Part shown: piece after piece, positions 29,024 to 41,992 of the stretch
Position numbering within the stretch: the stretch's first letter is position 1
Layout: every line of letters begins with the position of its first letter
From: Gammaproteobacteria bacterium
GTDB lineage: Bacteria; Pseudomonadota; Gammaproteobacteria; Burkholderiales; JAHFRG01
Assembly (NCBI GenBank): GCA_041495205.1
Contig: JBGQCF010000002.1
Span: 17,097-81,096 of the forward strand
Direction of reading: 5' to 3'
DNA: 64,000 nucleotides
Made by a program: the position numbers and the translations under genes
Notes under the pieces: generated by a model
Seen by the model: the letters and a program-made list of their open reading frames with translations, nothing else
Told to the model about the DNA's origin: nothing
Databases searched by the model: none

Positions 29024-29617
29024 ATGACCGCTATGAATAAATCGCTTGGTTTTGTTTTGTGCGCGGTGCTGAGCAGCGCGGCCGCCGCGCAGATTTACAA
29101 GTGGGTGGATGAAAACGGCGTTACGCATTATGCGGAGGTCGCTCCTCGCGGCGTGCCTGCCGACGAGATTGATATCCGCCCTCCGCTCGGGGTCGTGACT
29201 GATGACGTCGCGAAGTGCCACGGCATTCGCTGTCAAGGCGAAGAGCCCGATGCCATGAAGCAGGCCGAAACGCCAAAGATGGCTGAGGTGCCGAACCCGG
29301 TGCGGGGACTGGCTTTTGACATCTTCATCCAGATTGAAAGGGGAATGACCGAAGCCGAAGTCGTGATCCGGGCCGGCAAGCCGGACCAGGAGGTGACCGA
29401 GGGCACCGCGGAGAGCACCGCCGCCGCGGCTTCCACCGCCAACAGCGTCAATCCGCAAACCGGTGCTGTCACCAGGAACACCAACATCATCAAGAATACC
29501 ATCACCGAAATCGTTAAAACTTATTATTATCTGCCCACCCTATCCGATCCGTTTACCAGCATCATCACTTTCAGAGGAGGACGGGTGGCGGATATCCAGA
29601 GAATCCGGAAGCTTTGA
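29024..29617 (+). CDS. DUF4124-type secreted protein
   Basis: Signal peptide followed by IYKWVDENGVTHY motif. Confidence 0.65.
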   Translation: MTAMNKSLGFVLCAVLSSAAAAQIYKWVDENGVTHYAEVAPRGVPADEIDIRPPLGVVTDDVAKCHGIRCQGEEPDAMKQAETPKMAEVPNPVRGLAFDIFIQIERGMTEAEVVIRAGKPDQEVTEGTAESTAAAASTANSVNPQTGAVTRNTNIIKNTITEIVKTYYYLPTLSDPFTSIITFRGGRVADIQRIRKL

Positions 29618-30229
29618 TGATGAGATCCGGTCGTGCCGCCGTGTTGCTGCTAGCGCTTGGCGGCGCGTTTCCTGCACACGCTTCCGGCATTGATAAGTTA
29701 AAGGCGTTTATCCAGCATTCTTCTTCGGGAAGAGCGCAGTTCAACCAGGAACTTCTGGACAAGAACGGCCGCAGCGTACAGAAATCGAGCGGCATCATGC
29801 AGTTTTCCCGTCCCGGAAAATTCCGTTGGAGCTACGAAAAACCTTACGCGCAGCTGATTGTCGGCGATGGTGAAAAACTCTGGGTATACGATCCGGAATT
29901 GAACCAGGTCACCGTCAAGAAACTCGATCAGGCGCTGGGCGCAAGCCCGGCGGCGCTGCTTGCCGGCAGCAACGAGATCGAGAAAGACTTTCGCCTCACT
30001 GATGATGGCGCTCGAGACGGGCTGGAGTGGCTGCAAGCGCTGCCGAAAACACAGGACAGCGCGTTCGAGAGCGTGCGCATGGGGTTTAGTCAGTCCGGCC
30101 TGGAAGTCATGGAACTGCGCGACCATTTCGGACAAACCACGGTATTGCATTTCCTGGATCTGGAACGCAATCCCCGCTTAAACCCGGAACTCTTCAAATT
30201 CACTCCCCCCAAGGGCGCGGATATCGTCG

Positions 30230-30237
<8 letters not shown>
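29614..30237 (+). CDS. lolA: outer-membrane lipoprotein carrier protein LolA
   Basis: 207 aa; signal peptide; ftsK-lolA-rarA-serS synteny. Confidence 0.88.
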
Positions 30238-32916
<2,679 letters not shown>

Positions 32917-32964
32917 CAAAGCGGACGGAGTCCGGCCGTTTAATGCTAAAATTTTGAGGTACCG

Positions 32965-33054
32965 GGAGAGGTGCCAGAGCGGTTGAACGGGCCGGTCTCG
33001 AAAACCGGTATACGCGCAAGCGTATCGTGGGTTCGAATCCCACCCTCTCCGCCA
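32965..33054 (+). tRNA. tRNA-Ser (anticodon CGA), CCA encoded
   Basis: GGAGAGG acceptor, CTCGAAA anticodon loop, long variable arm, GGTTCGAATCC T-loop, CCTCTCCGCCA 3' end. Confidence 0.9.
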
Positions 33055-33061
33055 CCCAATC

Positions 33062-33188
33062 TACAAGCTTTGTATCTCCCGTTCGGCCACCACCTTCTTC
33101 AGGCGGGCTTTCTCGCACTTGAGTTCCCTCAAGCGCTTGCCTCGTCAGGCAGCAAGCCGCAGTATTCTCTTGTCCAGCGCAAGCTCGG
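33062..33188 (-). pseudogene. possible IS3-family OrfA (leucine-zipper region) remnant
   Basis: The minus-strand frame reads [42 protein letters not shown]. This resembles the RLKxLExENxRLKKLVAELxLDKxxL segment of IS3-type OrfA. It is short and interrupted by stops. Confidence 0.35.
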
Positions 33189-35444
33189 CTAGAACCGGTA
33201 CGCGGCCGAGACTCCCAGCAGGAAAGTCCGGCCCGGCGCGGGCTCGTAATACCGCCCATTGCTCTCATTTACAATTACTGAGCCGACGTACTGGTGATGG
33301 AAGATATTGTCGATTCTCCCGAACTCCTTTAGCACCAGCCTGCTCACCTCCTGTTTGAAGCCGATACGCCAGCTCGTCACCCCGTACCCATTGGCGTATT
33401 CGGTGTTGGTATCGTTTGCATAGAAGCGGCTGGAAGTGCGAACCTCCAGCGCGGTTGAAAAACTTCCATTGATGGTGGCCCAACCGAGCTCGCCGTAGAA
33501 GACATGCCGCGGCACCCCGGGGATGCGGTTGCCGGCCGGAATCTGGGCAGTGTTGGTGCTTGGGAATACGCAGCCTGGCACTGGCTTGCAACTCGTGAAG
33601 GCAGAGTCGAAGTTCGCCGCAAGGTAGGTGTAGGATAACAACGCCGTGAAGCCCAGCGGCAGCCGGCTGTCCAAGCCAAGCTCGAGACCCTTGCGGCTGG
33701 TCTTGTCGACATTCTGGAATACCGACCGGCCGCTGGAGTTTTGCAGCACCGCCAATTCATCCTGCGTATTGATCTTGAACAACGCCAGATTCAGGCGGGT
33801 ATCCGCGCCGATAAACACCTTGGTTCCGAGTTCGTAGTTCTCGCTTGTTGCCGGTCGAAGTGCAAAGTTGAGGCCCTGCGCATTCAGTTGGTAGGCTAGC
33901 TCATTGAAGGTTGGTGTCTCAAAGCCTTTGCCGTAGTTTGCATATATGTTCAAGGTGGGTCGCGCCTTGAACATGATTCCCACTACCGGGCTGGTGTGGC
34001 TGTACACGACTGACCCGCTGTCGTTGCCGTTGCTTAGAAAATTGTCAACGGACTGAAACGAAACCCGGCTGTGGCGTACTCCGGCGAGCACCGACCAGCG
34101 CTCTACCGGCTCCCACTCACCTTGGATATATTGGTCAAAGTTGAATACGGAGTCGTCTTCATCGCGGCGCAGATTACCGACTACCCCCAACGCCGTGGGG
34201 CTCAAAGTCGGGCCGGTGAAGTTGTTGTAGCCCTTGCGCTTATCCAGCATGTACTCGTAGTTGATCCCCACTGTAAAGGTGAGAGGGCGTGAGGCGAGCT
34301 GCATTTTTCGGCGCCATTGAGCGTCCACGCCGTCAAACTGCCTGTCCAGATCCACTACTGCGCCGGAGCTGGTGGAAGGGGTCTGCACGCCCGGCGTGAC
34401 AGCCTGGAATTGAGTCACCTGGCGAGTTCCAAGATAACCCAGCATGCGAACCGTGTCTTGGTCCGTGAGCCTCTTCTCCCACACCAGCCCGCCCTGCAAG
34501 TTGGAAAAACTCTTGCGCGCGTTGAACAACTCGGCATTGGTTCCGGCCTGCTCGGGGTTCTGCAAAACCTGGGCCTTAGTCAGGCCAAGCGGGTCCAGCG
34601 CCTCGGGAGTATTGAGATAGTTGACTACCAGCGTCAGCGACGAGCCATCACCAGTTGCAAAGCTCAGCTTGCCATTGACGAGGTCTCTGCTCGCTGCGCT
34701 GTGATCGCGGAAACCGTCCGTCCCGAAGTGGGAACCATCGAAGATATAGTTGAGCCGCCCGCTTTGGCCACCCAGCTTCAGCCCTTCACGCACGGCCTGG
34801 AAGTCGCCAAATTCCACGCTCGGTGTGGCGGTAAGTTGTTGCGGTCCGTCCTCGGTAAAAATTTGGATTACGCCGCCTGAGGAGTTGCCATACAACGCCG
34901 AAAACGGACCGCGCAGAACCTCAATGCTGCGGGCCGACCCCAAGTCAAAATTGGATACCTGCCCCTGGCCGTCCGGCATGGTGGCTGGAATGCCGTCCGT
35001 GTAGAGTCGAATACCGCGCACGCCGAAGGTGGAGCGAGCGCCAATGCCGCGAATTGATATCTGCAGGTCCTGCGCGTAGTTCTGCCGGTTGTTGGCCACT
35101 ACCCCGGGAACGGTCACCAGGCTTTCCGATAAATTGACTTGAGCCTGTCCTTCCTGAATCCGTTTCTGGTCTATTGAATCGATCGACGCAGGTACGTCGA
35201 AGCTCGGCTGTCCGACGCGCGTGGCAGTCACGACGACGGGCGAAAGTTCGATGTTTGCGTCGGACACCTGCTGCTCACCCTCGGCGGTGCCCGCTCTAAT
35301 GACCGTGAAGAACAGGAAAAGGGAGAATGCGACGAGGCACCGCCTGGAACTGGCCTTCTTGTAAATGATTCCTCCCTGACCGACAACGACTCGATCGTAG
35401 TTACTGTTAAGTTGCTTGAACCGGCAAGACCGGCCTGCCACCAT
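33189..35444 (-). CDS. TonB-dependent outer-membrane receptor (substrate unknown)
   Basis: 751-aa ORF; plug and barrel motifs and a terminal aromatic (…AAYRF). The true start is uncertain: a GGGAGG RBS precedes ATC/ATT codons near 35365. Confidence 0.85.
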   Translation of the reverse strand: MVAGRSCRFKQLNSNYDRVVVGQGGIIYKKASSRRCLVAFSLFLFFTVIRAGTAEGEQQVSDANIELSPVVVTATRVGQPSFDVPASIDSIDQKRIQEGQAQVNLSESLVTVPGVVANNRQNYAQDLQISIRGIGARSTFGVRGIRLYTDGIPATMPDGQGQVSNFDLGSARSIEVLRGPFSALYGNSSGGVIQIFTEDGPQQLTATPSVEFGDFQAVREGLKLGGQSGRLNYIFDGSHFGTDGFRDHSAASRDLVNGKLSFATGDGSSLTLVVNYLNTPEALDPLGLTKAQVLQNPEQAGTNAELFNARKSFSNLQGGLVWEKRLTDQDTVRMLGYLGTRQVTQFQAVTPGVQTPSTSSGAVVDLDRQFDGVDAQWRRKMQLASRPLTFTVGINYEYMLDKRKGYNNFTGPTLSPTALGVVGNLRRDEDDSVFNFDQYIQGEWEPVERWSVLAGVRHSRVSFQSVDNFLSNGNDSGSVVYSHTSPVVGIMFKARPTLNIYANYGKGFETPTFNELAYQLNAQGLNFALRPATSENYELGTKVFIGADTRLNLALFKINTQDELAVLQNSSGRSVFQNVDKTSRKGLELGLDSRLPLGFTALLSYTYLAANFDSAFTSCKPVPGCVFPSTNTAQIPAGNRIPGVPRHVFYGELGWATINGSFSTALEVRTSSRFYANDTNTEYANGYGVTSWRIGFKQEVSRLVLKEFGRIDNIFHHQYVGSVIVNESNGRYYEPAPGRTFLLGVSAAYRF

Positions 35445-35485
35445 AGTGAGCCAGTCATTTTTGAAGATTCAGAGGGAGGCGAAAT

Positions 35486-35499
35486 TTGATTTAGATCAA
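35486..35499. promoter_or_regulatory. FNR/Anr box TTGATTTAGATCAA
   Basis: Perfect TTGAT-N4-ATCAA palindrome in the divergent TonB-receptor/nrdJ intergenic region. Confidence 0.7.
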
Positions 35500-35755
35500 A
35501 TAAGCTGCGATTGGCATGGCGTAGGTTTTAAAATCATGAAGTTCATGAGCTCAATATGCGCAAATTATTTATGCATGCATCAGGAAAACCACCTTAACCG
35601 GATTTGCCGCCACACCGATTTGGCCCGCCCCCCTGGTCGAACGTACCAGCATGTGCAAGCCCGGGGCAGGCCGATTGTTTATTTGTCATGCAAAAAATAG
35701 TGTAATATTTATATTGGCTTATCAACGAGAGCTAACCTGTATTCGTAACGACGCT

Positions 35756-38593
35756 ATGGCCCAACAACTGGAACAAAAGACCGCGCTGCCTGACCAGGAA
35801 ATCTGCCGCGAAGTCCTGCTCGAAAAATATGCGAAAGGCGGCGAACAATCAGTCAGGGAAGTGCGCTGGCGGGTCGCCATGGCGCTCGCGGCGGCCGAGC
35901 CTGAAGAAAAGCGCGCTCACTGGGAGAAACGCTTTCTTGAAGCAATGGAAGCCGGTTTCGTTCCCGCCGGGCGCATCAACTCCGCCGCCGGTATCCAAAT
36001 GCAGGCGACGCTCATCAACTGTTTCGTGCAGCCGGTGGGTGATTCGATCTCCAAAGTCGTAGACGGCAAGCCAGGCATCTATGTTGCCTTACTCGAATCA
36101 GCCGAAACGATGCGCCGCGGCGGCGGCGTCGGCTATGATTTCTCGGCGATCCGCCCCAAGGGCGCGGAAGTGAAGGGCACGCACTCGCGCGCGAGCGGCC
36201 CGGTGTCGTACATGCGCGTGTTTGACCGCTCATGTGAGACAGTCGAGTCGGCCGGCGCGCGGCGCGGTGCGCAGATGGGCGTCTTACGTTGCGACCATCC
36301 CGACATCGAGGAATTTGTCCACGCCAAGGATACCGGCGACCTGGCCAACTTCAACATTTCTATTGGTGTTACCGACGCCTTCATGCATGCGGTTGAAAGC
36401 GATTCCGAGATCGAACTGGTCCATAAGGCGCAGCCCTATAGCGATCTGGTTGCTTCGGGCGCCTATCAACGAGATGACGGACTGTGGGTGTACCGCAAAG
36501 TCTTGGCGCGCGAGCTGTGGGATCAGATCATGCGCTCGACCTACGACCATGCCGAACCTGGGATCCTGTTCCTCGATCGCATCAACCGCGACAACAACCT
36601 CTATTACTGCGAGACGGTCGAGGCCACCAACCCCTGTGCTGAGCAGCCGCTTCCGCCCTACGGCTGCTGCTGTCTTGGTTCGATCAACCTGACGAACTTC
36701 GTGCGTCTGCCATTCAGCGAAGAAGCGCGCTTTGATTTCGATGCGTTCGTGAAAGTAGTGAAGGTCGCAGTGCGGATGCTCGATAACGTGCTCGACGTCA
36801 CAACCTGGCCGCTTGAGGCGCAACACCGGGAGGCCATGAGCAAGCGCCGCGTGGGACTCGGCTTCCTCGGTCTCGGCGATGCGCTCATTATGCTGCGGCT
36901 GCGCTATGATTCCGTGGAAGCGCGCGCCATGGCTGCGAAAATTTCCGAGCACCTGCGCGACGCAGCCTACCGCGCTTCATCCGAACTTGCACGCGAGCGC
37001 GGTTCCTTCCCGCTGTTTAACGCCGACATGTATCTCTCGGGCGCAAGCTTTGCATCGCGCCTGCCGCAGGAGATCAAGGAGATGATTCGCAGGCACGGCC
37101 TGCGCAACAGCCACCTATTATCGATTGCTCCGACCGGCACCATCAGCCTCGCCTTCGCTGACAATGCCTCGAACGGGATTGAGCCGCCGTTTGCCTGGGC
37201 CTACACGCGGAAAAAACGCATGGCGGATGGCACGATGAAGGAGTTTCCGGTTGAGGATTACGCCTACCGGCAGTACCGTCATGCGGGTGGTGACAGGGAG
37301 AATCTGCCCGGGTATTTCGTCACGGCGCTTGATCTCTCGGCGGCAGCGCACAAGGAAATGGTCGCCGCGGTTGCGCCGTATATTGACTCGAGCATTTCCA
37401 AGACCGTCAACATTCCCGAGACATATCCCTACGACGACTTCCAGTATCTCTACTTTGATGCTTGGAAGTCAGGGTTGAAGGGGCTGGCTACCTACCGGCC
37501 CAATACCGTGATTGGTTCGGTGCTGGCGCTGGACAAGCCCGCAAAGATTGGACCGCAGGATTTCGCCTCGAACGACGTCAATCGTCGCATTGAGATCAAG
37601 GCAGTGCCGGTTCCGGTGCTCGCGTCCCTGCGCTGGCCGGGCCGGCCAACCCTCACGGGGGGAAACCCCGCTTGGACCTATATGATCGAACATACCCACG
37701 GAACATTTGCGCTGTTTGTGGGCCATGTCGAGAACGAAGGTCGGGCCTTTCCCTTCGAGGTCTGGGTCAATGGCATTGAGCAACCGCGCGGGCTCGGAGC
37801 GCTAGCCAAGACACTCTCGATGGACATGCGCGCGAACGACCCGGCTTGGCTCAAGCTCAAGCTTGAGACCCTGGCCAAGACCGCAAGCGACGATGCCTTC
37901 GACATGCCGTTTCCGCCGCACGGCGAGAAAAAGCGTATGCCGAGCGTAGTTTCGGCGCTTGCGCAGGTGGTGCGCTACCGCGTTGAGCAGCTCGGTGCGC
38001 TGGATGAGCGAAAGACCGGCCCAGTGCTCGACGCCATGTTCAGCCTCAAGGAGCCCAAGACCGGCGCCGATGGCACCATGTCCTGGACCGTGGACGTGCT
38101 GAATCCGCACACGGGAGACGATTTCGTGCTTGGCCTCAAGGAGATTACCCTTCCAGACGGCGTCACACGGCCCTATTCGATGTGGCTCTCAGGCGACTAT
38201 CCGCGTTCTCTGGATGGGCTGTGCAAGATTCTGTCTCTCGACATGCGCGTGATTGATCCGGCCTGGATCGGCATGAAGCTGCGAAAGCTGCTGGATTTTC
38301 CCGAGCCGCTCGGAGATTTCATGGCTCCCGTACCGGCCAGTCGGCGCCAGATAAACTGGCCTTCAACCATTTCCTACGTCGCAGCTCTGATGATTCACCG
38401 TTACGTTATGCTTGGCATTCTCAACGAAGACGGCGTGCCAATACAACAAATGGGAATCATGGAGGCGCCGCAGCGCGGCGCGACGCCGACGATGAAGGGC
38501 GGACGTTGCAGCGAGTGCGGCAACTACGCCTTGATCAAGAAGGATGGCTGCGACTTCTGCACCGCCTGCGGGGCGGTGGGGGTTTGCGGATAA
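35756..38593 (+). CDS. nrdJ: class II (adenosylcobalamin-dependent) ribonucleotide reductase
   Basis: 945 aa from MAQQLEQK; [18 protein letters not shown] active-site region and C-terminal CSECG...CDFCTACG cysteine tail. Confidence 0.9.
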   Translation: MAQQLEQKTALPDQEICREVLLEKYAKGGEQSVREVRWRVAMALAAAEPEEKRAHWEKRFLEAMEAGFVPAGRINSAAGIQMQATLINCFVQPVGDSISKVVDGKPGIYVALLESAETMRRGGGVGYDFSAIRPKGAEVKGTHSRASGPVSYMRVFDRSCETVESAGARRGAQMGVLRCDHPDIEEFVHAKDTGDLANFNISIGVTDAFMHAVESDSEIELVHKAQPYSDLVASGAYQRDDGLWVYRKVLARELWDQIMRSTYDHAEPGILFLDRINRDNNLYYCETVEATNPCAEQPLPPYGCCCLGSINLTNFVRLPFSEEARFDFDAFVKVVKVAVRMLDNVLDVTTWPLEAQHREAMSKRRVGLGFLGLGDALIMLRLRYDSVEARAMAAKISEHLRDAAYRASSELARERGSFPLFNADMYLSGASFASRLPQEIKEMIRRHGLRNSHLLSIAPTGTISLAFADNASNGIEPPFAWAYTRKKRMADGTMKEFPVEDYAYRQYRHAGGDRENLPGYFVTALDLSAAAHKEMVAAVAPYIDSSISKTVNIPETYPYDDFQYLYFDAWKSGLKGLATYRPNTVIGSVLALDKPAKIGPQDFASNDVNRRIEIKAVPVPVLASLRWPGRPTLTGGNPAWTYMIEHTHGTFALFVGHVENEGRAFPFEVWVNGIEQPRGLGALAKTLSMDMRANDPAWLKLKLETLAKTASDDAFDMPFPPHGEKKRMPSVVSALAQVVRYRVEQLGALDERKTGPVLDAMFSLKEPKTGADGTMSWTVDVLNPHTGDDFVLGLKEITLPDGVTRPYSMWLSGDYPRSLDGLCKILSLDMRVIDPAWIGMKLRKLLDFPEPLGDFMAPVPASRRQINWPSTISYVAALMIHRYVMLGILNEDGVPIQQMGIMEAPQRGATPTMKGGRCSECGNYALIKKDGCDFCTACGAVGVCG

Positions 38594-38620
38594 ACCATTC
38601 CGCGTTGCATCGACACGAGT

Positions 38621-38634
38621 TTGACGCGAATCGA
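38621..38634. promoter_or_regulatory. FNR-like box TTGACGCGAATCGA (one mismatch)
   Basis: 75 bp upstream of the 38703 start. Confidence 0.4.
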
Positions 38635-38702
38635 ATTAGTTGAACGAATGCCGGACTCCTGTCTGCAACTCGTTATTCAAATGGCTTGAGTACGGATCAC
38701 GC

Positions 38703-39164
38703 ATGCATGATCTCGCTATTGCCCGTGCCCTTCATATCCTGTGCGTGGTGCTCTGGATCGGCGGCGTCGCGATGGTTACGCTGGTCCTCATTCCGGGCGT
38801 GATGGGCGAGCCGGACGCGTTCAAGCGATTCGAATCAATCGAGCGGCGCTTTGCAACCCAGTCAAGGATCACGGTATTGCTCGCCGGATTGTCGGGGCTT
38901 TACCTGGTTTGGCGGCTCGACCTGTGGGCACGATTTGCCGAGCTGCGGTTCTGGTGGATGCACGCCATGATCGCCGTTTGGCTGATTTTTGCCGCTGCAC
39001 TGTACGTGCTTGAACCGTTTTTCCTTCACGAGCGGTTGCGCTCCCGCGCATCACACGATCCGCGCGGAACCCTATTGCGGATTCAGCGGCTCCACTGGAT
39101 TCTACTGACCCTGAGCCTCCTAACGGTTGCGGGCGCCGTTGCCGGAAGTCACGGCGGATTCTGA
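38703..39164 (+). CDS. integral membrane protein, function unknown (4 predicted TM)
   Basis: 153 aa from MHDLAIARALHILCVVLWIGG; hydrophobic segments with conserved His residues. Confidence 0.6.
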   Translation: MHDLAIARALHILCVVLWIGGVAMVTLVLIPGVMGEPDAFKRFESIERRFATQSRITVLLAGLSGLYLVWRLDLWARFAELRFWWMHAMIAVWLIFAAALYVLEPFFLHERLRSRASHDPRGTLLRIQRLHWILLTLSLLTVAGAVAGSHGGF

Positions 39165-39167
39165 TTC

Positions 39168-39557
39168 ATGGAATTCGCTTCACTCAAGGCAATTCACATC
39201 GGCACAGCGGCGGTTTCTTACATTTTGTTCTTCGTGCGCGGCATTTGGATGCTGTCGGATTCGCCGCTGCTGTACCAGCGCTGGGTGCGCATCGTGCCAC
39301 ACGTCAACGATACGTTGCTGCTTGCGGCGGGAATTTGGATGACCATCATAATTCATCAATATCCGGGCACCCACGGCTGGCTCACTGCCAAGCTGGCCGG
39401 GTTGGTCCTCTATATCCTGCTGGGATTAGTGGCGCTGCGTCCCGGCAGGGCCAAGCGCGTGCGCGCCGCGGCCTGGGTTGCAGCTCAGATCGTGTTCGGC
39501 TACATCGTCGCGGTTGCATTTAGTCACGATCCGCTTCCGTATTGCAGAGCGTGCTAA
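39168..39557 (+). CDS. SirB2-like small membrane protein
   Basis: 129 aa; LKAIHIGTAAVSYILFFVRG pattern recalled from the SirB2 family. Confidence 0.6.
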   Translation: MEFASLKAIHIGTAAVSYILFFVRGIWMLSDSPLLYQRWVRIVPHVNDTLLLAAGIWMTIIIHQYPGTHGWLTAKLAGLVLYILLGLVALRPGRAKRVRAAAWVAAQIVFGYIVAVAFSHDPLPYCRAC

Positions 39558-39736
39558 ACTTAAATTCCTGGTGTCAATAACCGATGCGGATGTGCCACGA
39601 AGCCTTTGGACTGTTAAGCGCAGAGCTTAACCAGTGTTCGTTGACAGTCCAGCTTGTGATTGATAGATTGAGGCGGAATTGACGTACAATCCAGTCGGAA
39701 CTGCCGCCATGTCTTTTTTCTTCAAAGGGACACCCA

Positions 39737-40180
39737 ATGTATAAAAGGATACTGCTGCCCATTGACAGCAGCAGCACGTCGGCACGGGCTTTGGCCGAAT
39801 CGATTAAACTGGCTTCGGAAATGAAGTCCAAGCTGCGCATCGTGCACGTGGTGAAGGTCGGCGTGCCAATCGATGACGACCTCGAAGGTATTATTGATGT
39901 CGGCGAACTTACGCAGAAGCTGCGCCATTTGGGGCAAACCTTGCTGGACAAGGCAGTTGAGACAGCCCGCCGGGCCGGCGTAGAGCCGGAAACCGGATTG
40001 CTGGACGCGAAAAAAAACCGCGTCGCAGTTGTCCTCGGGGAAGAGACGGCAAGGTGGCAAGCCGACTTGGTTGTCATGGGCACACACGGGAGAGTTGGTT
40101 TCGAATACTTGTTGATGGGAAGCGTAGCGGAAGAGTTTATTCGCGTTGCCAATGCGCCTATCCTGCTTGTCCATGGGTAG
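39737..40180 (+). CDS. universal stress protein
   Basis: 147 aa; MYKRILLPIDSS...DLVVMGTHGR...GSVAE USP motifs. Confidence 0.88.
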   Translation: MYKRILLPIDSSSTSARALAESIKLASEMKSKLRIVHVVKVGVPIDDDLEGIIDVGELTQKLRHLGQTLLDKAVETARRAGVEPETGLLDAKKNRVAVVLGEETARWQADLVVMGTHGRVGFEYLLMGSVAEEFIRVANAPILLVHG

Positions 40181-40298
40181 TTACGGCAGCCCACGACCAG
40201 CCATAAAAGTCGGAGCAATGATTCGGGGCTGATCGGTTTTCCGGCCGCAGACGTGCGCAGCTACGGCATGAATTGTTGCGCAGGTATCTCCATTCCTT

Positions 40299-40312
40299 TT
40301 GACTTAAATCAA
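40299..40312. promoter_or_regulatory. FNR/Anr box TTGACTTAAATCAA
   Basis: Perfect half-sites. TAACGT at 40335-40340 lies at -12..-7 if the box is centred at -41.5. A second weaker box, TTGAGTGATCACAA, lies at about 40408. Confidence 0.7.
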
Positions 40313-40449
40313 ATCCATATCGCTTGTGAAGAGCTAACGTGTGCTGAGTGTAAGCAATTATGGCTGAGTGTTCACGGCGCATTGAAATAGGTCAAAGCAG
40401 AGTTCGGCTTGAGTGATCACAATTAACCTGTTCTAGAAGAGGAATTACT

Positions 40450-40908
40450 ATGGCAATTGGAGAAATCTGCAGCCGCGAAGTATTATTTGCACGCAGAGAC
40501 ACAACCGTAAAGGCGGCAGCGGCGCTGATGCGTGAGTCCCACATAGGAAGTATCATAGTTGTAGACGAACCCAACGGGAAGCGCATCCCTGCAGGGATCC
40601 TGACGGATCGGGATATCGTGGTAGCGGTGGTTGCGCTCGGGCTTGACCCGAATGCTATTCAGGTCGGCGATGTCATGGGTCAAGAACTCTTGGCAGTGCG
40701 CGAGGATGCGGGAGTGGCGGAAACGGTGGAGCTCATGCGGATGAAAGGTGTGCGGCGCCTGCCGGTAACCGACGCCGCGGGCGCGCTGGTCGGCATCATT
40801 GCGGCCGATGACATCCTGACGCTGCTCGCGGAAGAAATGTCGGCGCTCGCGAAAATGATTTCGCGCGAGCACAAGCGCGAGGAAAAAATGAGGCGAAGTG
40901 GCTCCTAA
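40450..40908 (+). CDS. CBS domain pair protein
   Basis: 152 aa; two CBS repeats (GILTDRDIV, RRLPVTD). Confidence 0.85.
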   Translation: MAIGEICSREVLFARRDTTVKAAAALMRESHIGSIIVVDEPNGKRIPAGILTDRDIVVAVVALGLDPNAIQVGDVMGQELLAVREDAGVAETVELMRMKGVRRLPVTDAAGALVGIIAADDILTLLAEEMSALAKMISREHKREEKMRRSGS

Positions 40909-40918
40909 GCGGTAGAGC

Positions 40919-41284
40919 GTGCAAACACCACTGCAAATCGTCTTTCACGGGATCAGTCACTCGGATGCGCTCGAGGCCCATATCCGTGAAAAAGCTGAAA
41001 AGCTGGACTCATTTCATGCGCACCTGATGCGCTGCCAGGTCACCGTCGAGCAGCCTCACAAGCATAAACACCAGGGCAATTGCTTCAATGTGCGGATCGC
41101 CTTGCACGTGCCGGGTGACGTGATCGTAGTGAATCACGACGCCCACGAAGATGTCTATGTCGCCCTGCGCGATGCTTTTGACGCGGCCGGCCGGCAACTC
41201 GAAGACAGCATTCGTCGGATGCGTGGCGATGTAAAGCACCACCAAGGACAGCCACGCAGCGGCGGTGAGACAAGCTCACAATAA
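40919..41284 (+). CDS. ribosome-associated inhibitor / hibernation factor (short HPF/RaiA type)
   Basis: 121 aa; the pattern resembles the sigma-54 modulation protein/S30EA family; GTG start 10 nt after the CBS stop. Confidence 0.7.
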   Translation: MQTPLQIVFHGISHSDALEAHIREKAEKLDSFHAHLMRCQVTVEQPHKHKHQGNCFNVRIALHVPGDVIVVNHDAHEDVYVALRDAFDAAGRQLEDSIRRMRGDVKHHQGQPRSGGETSSQ

Positions 41285-41305
41285 CCAGTAAACGTCAGGA
41301 TTACC

Positions 41306-41803
41306 ATGAACAAAAAGGAACCCAGAGCCCATCGCCACCATCATCGTGATCGTCAGATCGATGAAGTCGTGCACGATCCGTATCAGGCGCGCTCCAAGCC
41401 ACCGGAGCCGGCAGCGTGCCCCAAGTGCGGTATCGTGTTTCACGAAGGCCGCTGGCAGAGATTGCCGCGCCCCGCTGCTGCCCATGACCATGTCTGCCCG
41501 GCATGCCGCCGAACGGAAGATCACTATCCCGCCGGTTACGTGACACTCAGTGGCAAGTTCTTGACCATCCACCACGAAGAAATTATGCAACTCGTCCGAA
41601 ATGAAGAAACAAACGAAAACTCGGAGCACCCGCTGCAGCGGATAATGGGAATTGAAGACCAGCCTGACAAGATTGTGATCACCATCACTGACGTGCACCT
41701 TGCGCGCCGCATCGGCGAAGCCGTGCACCACGCCTACCAGGGTGATCTTGACGTCAAATACAGCCCGGACGAATACGTGGTGCGCGTCAGCTGGAGCAGG
41801 TAA
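41306..41803 (+). CDS. zinc-ribbon protein (CxxC...CxxC), BCAM0308-like/NMD3-related, function unknown
   Basis: 165 aa; CPKCG...CPACR. The family name is recalled from annotation practice and not verified. Confidence 0.6.
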   Translation: MNKKEPRAHRHHHRDRQIDEVVHDPYQARSKPPEPAACPKCGIVFHEGRWQRLPRPAAAHDHVCPACRRTEDHYPAGYVTLSGKFLTIHHEEIMQLVRNEETNENSEHPLQRIMGIEDQPDKIVITITDVHLARRIGEAVHHAYQGDLDVKYSPDEYVVRVSWSR

Positions 41804-41992
41804 ATTTATTCCCTGGACCGGACGCTCTAATATCGATGGCTGGGACTGTTTTAAGGAAGGACACGAAAGTACACGCAGCACACCAAAGGTTATCCGACAG
41901 TTATGTAATCCGCTCTCCGCTTGCGCACAACACCGCCGAACGGCCGCACTTGGCCTACAATAGTGTGACCTGGGACCACTGAGTTATCGCAC

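Noticed and set aside
35445-35755. Possible cobalamin riboswitch or NrdR boxes in the TonB-receptor/nrdJ intergenic region.
   Set aside because: I found GGAAAACCACC...CCGGATTTGCCGCC and AGCCCGGGGCAGGCC-like strings. Their order and orientation do not reproduce the B12-element core or B12 box on either strand. TAGTGTAATATTTATATTG is not a convincing NrdR palindrome. This needs a covariance-model scan before any claim.
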